A DNA stretch of 63,408 nt, counting the filler, from Thraustochytrium aureum (lineage: Eukaryota), in assembly GCA_012862495.1 (NCBI GenBank). It is 11 parts of 7 records of this genome, joined end to end, with 100 filler letters (N's around TTAATTAATTAA, not from the genome) between each part and the next. Parts side by side here need not be neighbours in the genome. Positions count along the whole stretch, not along the records: positions 52,773 to 58,826 come from BLSG01000289.1; positions 58,927 to 60,571 come from BLSG01000289.1; positions 60,672 to 61,908 come from BLSG01000294.1; positions 62,009 to 63,408 come from BLSG01000302.1; 7 more parts are not named here. One strand, written 5' to 3'. Under the pieces are notes generated by a model. That model was not told where the DNA came from. It made no database searches and saw only the letters and a program-made list of their open reading frames with translations. This document shows, in pieces, positions 58,379 to 63,408 of this stretch (within the stretch, counting starts at the first letter, position 1; every line of letters begins with the position of its first letter). A program made the position numbers and the translations under genes.

Positions 58379-58825
58379 TCACGCCTTGCGCCGCTCGCGG
58401 TCGCTGCTGAGCTTCCAGGCGGTCGCCACCGCCAGCGCACCGAGCACGAGGCCGCCCACCGCAGCTCCGGCCACGGTGCCTGCCCCGGTGCCAGCAACCG
58501 CCGAGGCGCGCTCCATCACGCCGCCACTTGCTCTGCGGATCTCCGCAGCGGTCGGGTCGCCCAGGGCCCGCACGCGAGCGGCGGGGCTCATGGCCCGAAG
58601 CCACCAGGGCATACCGCCCTCGTACAGGGCGCGCGCCTCGGCCAGCGGTAGCTCGGGCTTGCCGTGGCGGCGGTTGACGTCGTTGTGCAGCTCGTGCGCC
58701 CAGCGCACCAGCGCCTCCCGCGAGCTGGCGTCCACGGGGTGCGCTGCGATGTAGGACGCGAAGTGCGCGCGGCAGCCCGGGCAGGGCAGCACGCCGGCCA
58801 GCGACTCGAAGAAGGCCAGCAGCTG
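58379..58825 (-). CDS. Erv1/Alr FAD-linked sulfhydryl oxidase with C-terminal TM, NCLDV-like; 5'-partial
   Basis: FFESLAGVLPCPGCRAHF...SSREALVRWAHELHNDVNRRHGKP (CxxC; W..HN.VN), and C-terminal GAAVGGLVLGALAVATAW. Confidence 0.9.
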   Translation of the reverse strand, partial: QLLAFFESLAGVLPCPGCRAHFASYIAAHPVDASSREALVRWAHELHNDVNRRHGKPELPLAEARALYEGGMPWWLRAMSPAARVRALGDPTAAEIRRASGGVMERASAVAGTGAGTVAGAAVGGLVLGALAVATAWKLSSDRERRKA

Positions 58826-59047
58826 CNNNNNNNNNNNNNNNNNNNNNNNNNNNNNNNNNNNNNNNNNNNNTTAATTAATTAANNNNNNNNNNNNNNNNNN
58901 NNNNNNNNNNNNNNNNNNNNNNNNNNGAGAAGGTCGGCGTGTACAGTTGCGCTGAGTACAAGCGAAGCGGCAAGGCCTTTTGCTCGCTAGAGCTCACCGA
59001 GGACTACTGCTGAGCGCGTACGAGCGCGCTTCGACGCTACCGGTCAA

Positions 59048-60307
59048 ATGCATCGACATCACTGGGCGCACGTGGCGCCAACCGACGGGCACGGCGACGA
59101 TGACTACGACGATCATGGCAACAGCGTTCGCCGTGCCCACCATCCCATGTCGCCGCATGGGCGTTTGGCGGCGTTCGGGCTTCTTTTCATTTTCGTGTGC
59201 GGCACCACGGCGGTCGTAGCGCACCTGGTGAATGTGGCACGGAGGGCCCGGAAGGCCAGGGAGGCCAAAGCGGCCGAGGACAACAAGAAGGGCGGTAACA
59301 CCACTGAAAGTCCCAACGCAAACGTTACCGCGGAGCCCGACACTGGCGATGGTGGCAGCGGTAATGACGGTAGCGACGCTGGTAACGCCGGAAGCGGGGA
59401 CAGTAGTGGAGGTGGTAACAGCGGGGTAAAATCCAGCGACAGCGCCGAAGACGGCGCATCAGGCGGGTGGTCTACGTTGAGTATAGTTCTGACCGTTTCC
59501 GGTGTGGTCATCATCATCTCTGGAGCGGTGCTGTGGAAGAGGGGCTCGGGTGAAAGCAGCGGTGGCGCTTCAGCGCGTCGTTCTAAAGCCAGCGCAGCGA
59601 GTACGCGTGCGTTTCCGAAAACGGAGCGCGTCAGAAACTTTGGACATTGGGAAGTGCATAACGTGCCCGGTGACGGTGCGTGCTTTTACCACGCACTCCT
59701 GCATCAGTACGAGCTGCATCACGGGATGAACGATGGGGAAAAGATCTACAATAACGTGGACGAATTTCGAGAGGATTTGGCGGGGCATGTAGAGAAGGGC
59801 GACCCGTTCATTGACGAAGCGGTTATCGCACTGTCGGAATTACCGGGGGAGTCGGTTTTTACTGGCGAAAAACACAAAAAGAATAGGGAAGCTTGGGACG
59901 CGCTTCGAATGGCATACGATTTGGACAGGACGAGTTTGCGCGTTCTGCACGATGGCATCACCGGCGAAGTGAACGGTGTTGAACAAGTGATTCTGGAACC
60001 TAAGTTGGATGAATACAACAGTGCGATTGAACCATTTAGGGAAGCGTTGGCAGAAGCATTGCGTGACAAAGAGGAATGGGGCGACTCGTGGGCAGCACGC
60101 ATTGCGAACGCTGTACTTGGAATACCCGTGCATATTTACGATATGGCGGATTACGCTATTCATCGACACGCGTTCCCCGACACACCGTCGAAGAAATCGC
60201 TTATTGACATGCTGAATGAAAAGGTAGAAGGTCAACCTGACCCGCTCAAGCTTTTCCGCAACGGCGAGCACTTCCAGTCATTGGTTAAGGTTGAAAAACG
60301 TTTGTGA
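59048..60307 (+). CDS. Two-TM protein with C-terminal OTU-like cysteine protease domain
   Basis: TM1 FGLLFIFVCGTTAVVAHLV, TM2 LSIVLTVSGVVIIISGAVLW. OTU motifs VPGDGACFYHAL, EEWG, LGIPVHIY, NGEHFQSL. Confidence 0.8.
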   Translation: MHRHHWAHVAPTDGHGDDDYDDHGNSVRRAHHPMSPHGRLAAFGLLFIFVCGTTAVVAHLVNVARRARKAREAKAAEDNKKGGNTTESPNANVTAEPDTGDGGSGNDGSDAGNAGSGDSSGGGNSGVKSSDSAEDGASGGWSTLSIVLTVSGVVIIISGAVLWKRGSGESSGGASARRSKASAASTRAFPKTERVRNFGHWEVHNVPGDGACFYHALLHQYELHHGMNDGEKIYNNVDEFREDLAGHVEKGDPFIDEAVIALSELPGESVFTGEKHKKNREAWDALRMAYDLDRTSLRVLHDGITGEVNGVEQVILEPKLDEYNSAIEPFREALAEALRDKEEWGDSWAARIANAVLGIPVHIYDMADYAIHRHAFPDTPSKKSLIDMLNEKVEGQPDPLKLFRNGEHFQSLVKVEKRL

Positions 60308-61343
60308 AACGTTTGTAAAGCTACCAAAACATTCAATCAAATCCATTCTAGATTTCGGAAACGAACGACGTGATTTCTTGATCAACTGAACACTGCTTAT
60401 TGCACTAACTTGATCCTGTTGCAGTTGGGGGCGCGCGAAGCGCCGGCGCGTATGCATGCGCCAGGGTCCTGCACGGGCAGCGCCACGAAGCGCTTGAGGT
60501 CCCCGATGGATACGTTTGCATCGGTCGAAAGCATTCGCACGCGGCTGGAGCAGTCGCTCTCACAGTCGAAANNNNNNNNNNNNNNNNNNNNNNNNNNNNN
60601 NNNNNNNNNNNNNNNTTAATTAATTAANNNNNNNNNNNNNNNNNNNNNNNNNNNNNNNNNNNNNNNNNNNNCACCAAGCAGCCGGGCGGCAAGATATCAC
60701 CCGCGCGGCGTGCCGCAGGCCCCGCGCGCAGCCGACATGCGCCGCGCGCGGTACGAGCCCGCCGGCGCGAGCGGTTTCGCGCGAGACGATTGTGGGCGGC
60801 AGGCAGGCAGGCAGCAGGCAGAGTACGCAGGCAGGTCCTGCGAGGCGGCGGGAACCTCACTCACCTTCGAGCTGCTTGATTTGATGCAGGCGAGCTGCAG
60901 GCGGGCAGCGAGTGCGCTGGCGCTGGCCGGCGGCTGGCTGTGGCTGATTTCGGCGCGGGCAGACCTGTATCGAACCAAGCCCGCGAGCGCGCGCGCTGAA
61001 GCAGAACTGTCTTTTTTCCTGCGTCGAACGTAAGCGCTGCCTCGTCGCCGGCTGCTGCTCGTGGATGTCGGAGCTCGCGAACGCGGCCACGGGTGGAACG
61101 GCGAATCGTTCGCTGGTGTTCGGTGCGCTCTTGGAGTGTGGTGCGCTCAAGTACTTGCCAGGTAGAGAGCGTGGTTTTGCGCTTCTTGGTGAGTGAGTAC
61201 ATTCGGGCGAGTGCTTGCTTCGAGACGCTCGTGCGGGGCGGGCGAGCGAGCGCCCACCTGGCACAGGCTGGACGTGTGCGCGGGTCTGGCTCTGCGGACG
61301 CAAGCGGTTGCTGCGTCGCCTTTCGTGAGGCCCGAGCGCAGGA

Positions 61344-61908
61344 ATGACAATGTTTCACGACGAGCCTAAATCGGAGCTTGCACGGTGGGACTCGGCCCTC
61401 ATGGAGGCCGTCGACGTCCTGCTGGACGGGTGCGCGCCCGAACAGCCGGCGAGGAGCGACGAGCTCGGCGCTGAACTCCCGCACCTCAACTGCGACAATT
61501 TGGGCGACTGCGACTATTTGCTCAACGAGCTCAACTTGTCCTCCGAGACAGAGCTCGGGTTTGAGAGCGGCACCGGCGCCAGCGCGACGTTCGCCCCAAT
61601 CGCGCCCGCCGCGAGCACGCACTACGCCCCAAGTGCGCTGGAGGCCAGTGCCAGTGCCAAGCACAGCGGGAAACGCGGCTCGCCAGAGCCCGACGAGGCG
61701 GCCAACAACAACAAGCGGCCCAGGACAAAGCTCAAGTGCGAGGCGAGCGTCGCTTCCGACGAAACACCATCGTGCCCCGAGTCGCCCCTCTCCGAATATG
61801 AAGGCCCCAGCCTGTCTCGCTCGCCGTGGACGCCGTACGAAGACGCCTGCCTGCGCCGCGGTGTGGCCATCTACAAGGCCAAGAACTGGAAGCGAATTGC
61901 AGAGTTTG
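61344..61908 (+). CDS. MYB-domain transcription factor; 3'-partial
   Basis: RSPWTPYEDACLRRGVAIYKAKNWKRIAEF is a MYB repeat (W..ED..L...V......NW..IA). Confidence 0.85.
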
Positions 61909-62008
61909 NNNNNNNNNNNNNNNNNNNNNNNNNNNNNNNNNNNNNNNNNNNNTTAATTAATTAANNNNNNNNNNNNNNNNNNNNNNNNNNNNNNNNNNNN
62001 NNNNNNNN

Positions 62009-63148
62009 AAAAAGACCTTGGTCTACTTCCTGGAGGAGCAGAAAGAGCTCTTCTACGTGCACGACCCTCCAAAGGCCGGGATCAACATCCGCGAGGGTGT
62101 CCTGTGCAAGTTGCTGATTGTCTCGTCACCGCACCGCGGGGCGGAGAACTCTTTGAAGAACAAGTGCCGCAAGCGTTACATGCCTACGTGGAGCTACGCA
62201 GAACTCAAGGCGGCGAATGATACCATCCATCTAGGCCTATCCGAGGACGTGCTGCGCGCCCGCTGGGCCAAGTACGGCGGTGTAGCGCGCTGGGTGTTGG
62301 CTCCTGGCAGGGGCGAGACAGGCGAGAGCATTCTTGCTGATGCTGTTGGCATGATGTCGGGAGCCAGCATGACGGGTTTGCTGGATCCGTTTGTCAACCG
62401 GGCGGGGGTGCGCAAAGAGCACAGCGGAGTGGTGGTCCACATGTGCCCTACAGATGACTTTTGCTCATACGTGACGCGGATCTCCACACCGAGCATGTTC
62501 GCCGAGATCCGCACCAAACAAAACCTTTGCACAAACCAGGCGGTGTTCAACTGGGCCGTGACCATGAACGCCACGACTGGCATTGGCGTGGGGACCATTA
62601 TGGAGCAGTGCTGGCACAACCAGTTGGCGTTTGGCGATGATGTGATCGGGTGCACGATCCGTGAGCTGACGAACACGGCACCGACTGACGCGAATATGAA
62701 AGAGGCCAGGACGACGGTGACCGTGCCGAAGTTCACCAGAACCGTGACATTCGCGCGGAACGACATGCGCGACCTGAATGAGCTCAAGCAGGGCGAATAC
62801 GGCATTCCCCTGACGCCCAACTTCCCCACGGTGGACTCGATCGCCGGTCTGAAGAGGCCGTTCTGCGACCCCGATAACAGCAACACGTGCTTGGTGGGCT
62901 TCCAGATGACCGTCAGCACTACGGGCCACGACCTCAACCTCGCGGGCGGGCGTTTGATTCGCCAAAAGTTCAAGTACCTGTTCTCCTTGGGCACGGTCGA
63001 CCTCAAGAACATGTACATCGTCTTTGTGACAACAAAGGAAGTGGAACCGTCTTTCACGGTTAAGCAAGAGTGGAAGACACAGGCCAACACGACTGCCACG
63101 GAATTGGACGCTGTGCGCCAGTTTGTGCTCGTCTTGCCTGACAAATAA
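62009..63148 (+). CDS. Crinkler/RHS-type NTPase + PD-(D/E)XK nuclease protein; 5'-partial
   Basis: LLIVSSP, RYMPTWSYAEL, RWAKYGGVARWVL (CR-NTPase C-terminal part), then IMEQCWH, YGIPLTPNFPTVDSI, GFQMTVS..H (CR-REase). Confidence 0.8.
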   Translation, partial: KKTLVYFLEEQKELFYVHDPPKAGINIREGVLCKLLIVSSPHRGAENSLKNKCRKRYMPTWSYAELKAANDTIHLGLSEDVLRARWAKYGGVARWVLAPGRGETGESILADAVGMMSGASMTGLLDPFVNRAGVRKEHSGVVVHMCPTDDFCSYVTRISTPSMFAEIRTKQNLCTNQAVFNWAVTMNATTGIGVGTIMEQCWHNQLAFGDDVIGCTIRELTNTAPTDANMKEARTTVTVPKFTRTVTFARNDMRDLNELKQGEYGIPLTPNFPTVDSIAGLKRPFCDPDNSNTCLVGFQMTVSTTGHDLNLAGGRLIRQKFKYLFSLGTVDLKNMYIVFVTTKEVEPSFTVKQEWKTQANTTATELDAVRQFVLVLPDK

Positions 63149-63408
63149 GCATTTTCGGCTCGTGTTTGCAGGGGCGGAGAAGACGGCTTGATCCAGGGGT
63201 GGCTACTCGCGGGCAAAAGGAATACAAGTACCTAGAATGTCGTGAAAACGGAACAAGTAGCCACTGCTAGGGCATCCGGGTCAAGTATCGATGAGATTTC
63301 GCTGTGGGATGAGCTGCCATGTGAGCATACCGGTACTGAGACTACTCCATACTTATCGGCTTCCGACTGCCATGATTGTGATAACGAATCGGTCGGCAGC
63401 CGCCACGG

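Noticed and set aside
60397..60571. Minus-strand open frame converging on the OTU gene
   Set aside because: Too short and truncated to call. The plus strand also shows a branch-point/acceptor-like CTAAC...CAG, so it is ambiguous.
5035..61964. Repeated TTAATTAATTAA palindrome
   Set aside because: Always centred in a 100-nt N block. It is an artificial contig joiner.
49291..63408. Accessory genes as one physical defence or virus island
   Set aside because: They lie on six separate scaffolds joined artificially, so adjacency across linkers carries no information.

Overview
This is not one locus. It is 11 short scaffolds of a draft eukaryotic assembly, joined by artificial N44-TTAATTAATTAA-N44 linkers (core at 5035, 21593, 28399, 45523, 49235, 51285, 52717, 58871, 60616, 61953), with further internal N gaps. 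The DNA is GC-rich, gene-dense and intron-poor, with occasional ~95-bp GT-AG introns and GATC/GGCA/GGCT microsatellites. That style fits a heterotrophic stramenopile such as a thraustochytrid (inference). Recognisable host genes: DNA polymerase delta, a kinesin-3, a coiled-coil/SPRY protein, an acyl-CoA thioesterase, a Tma17/Adc17-like protein, an HMG-box protein, WDR83, Sua5, an ABCB half-transporter, a Yak1/DYRK kinase, Snapin, SMC2, a degenerate NCKX exchanger and a MYB factor. Many genes carry single-base frameshifts at homopolymers, best explained as sequencing error. The small scaffolds at the end (49.3-63.4 kb) look accessory. They hold a HET/TIR-like+TPR protein, a Crinkler/RHS NTPase-nuclease, a membrane-anchored OTU protease, an NCLDV-type Erv1/Alr oxidase cluster, and a giant-virus-type 'RGGHNKE' (AntA/MSV199-like) DNA-binding gene. 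In that last gene each of two domains has its variable loop encoded by a perfect 12-bp DNA palindrome, which is the most unusual signal in the window.
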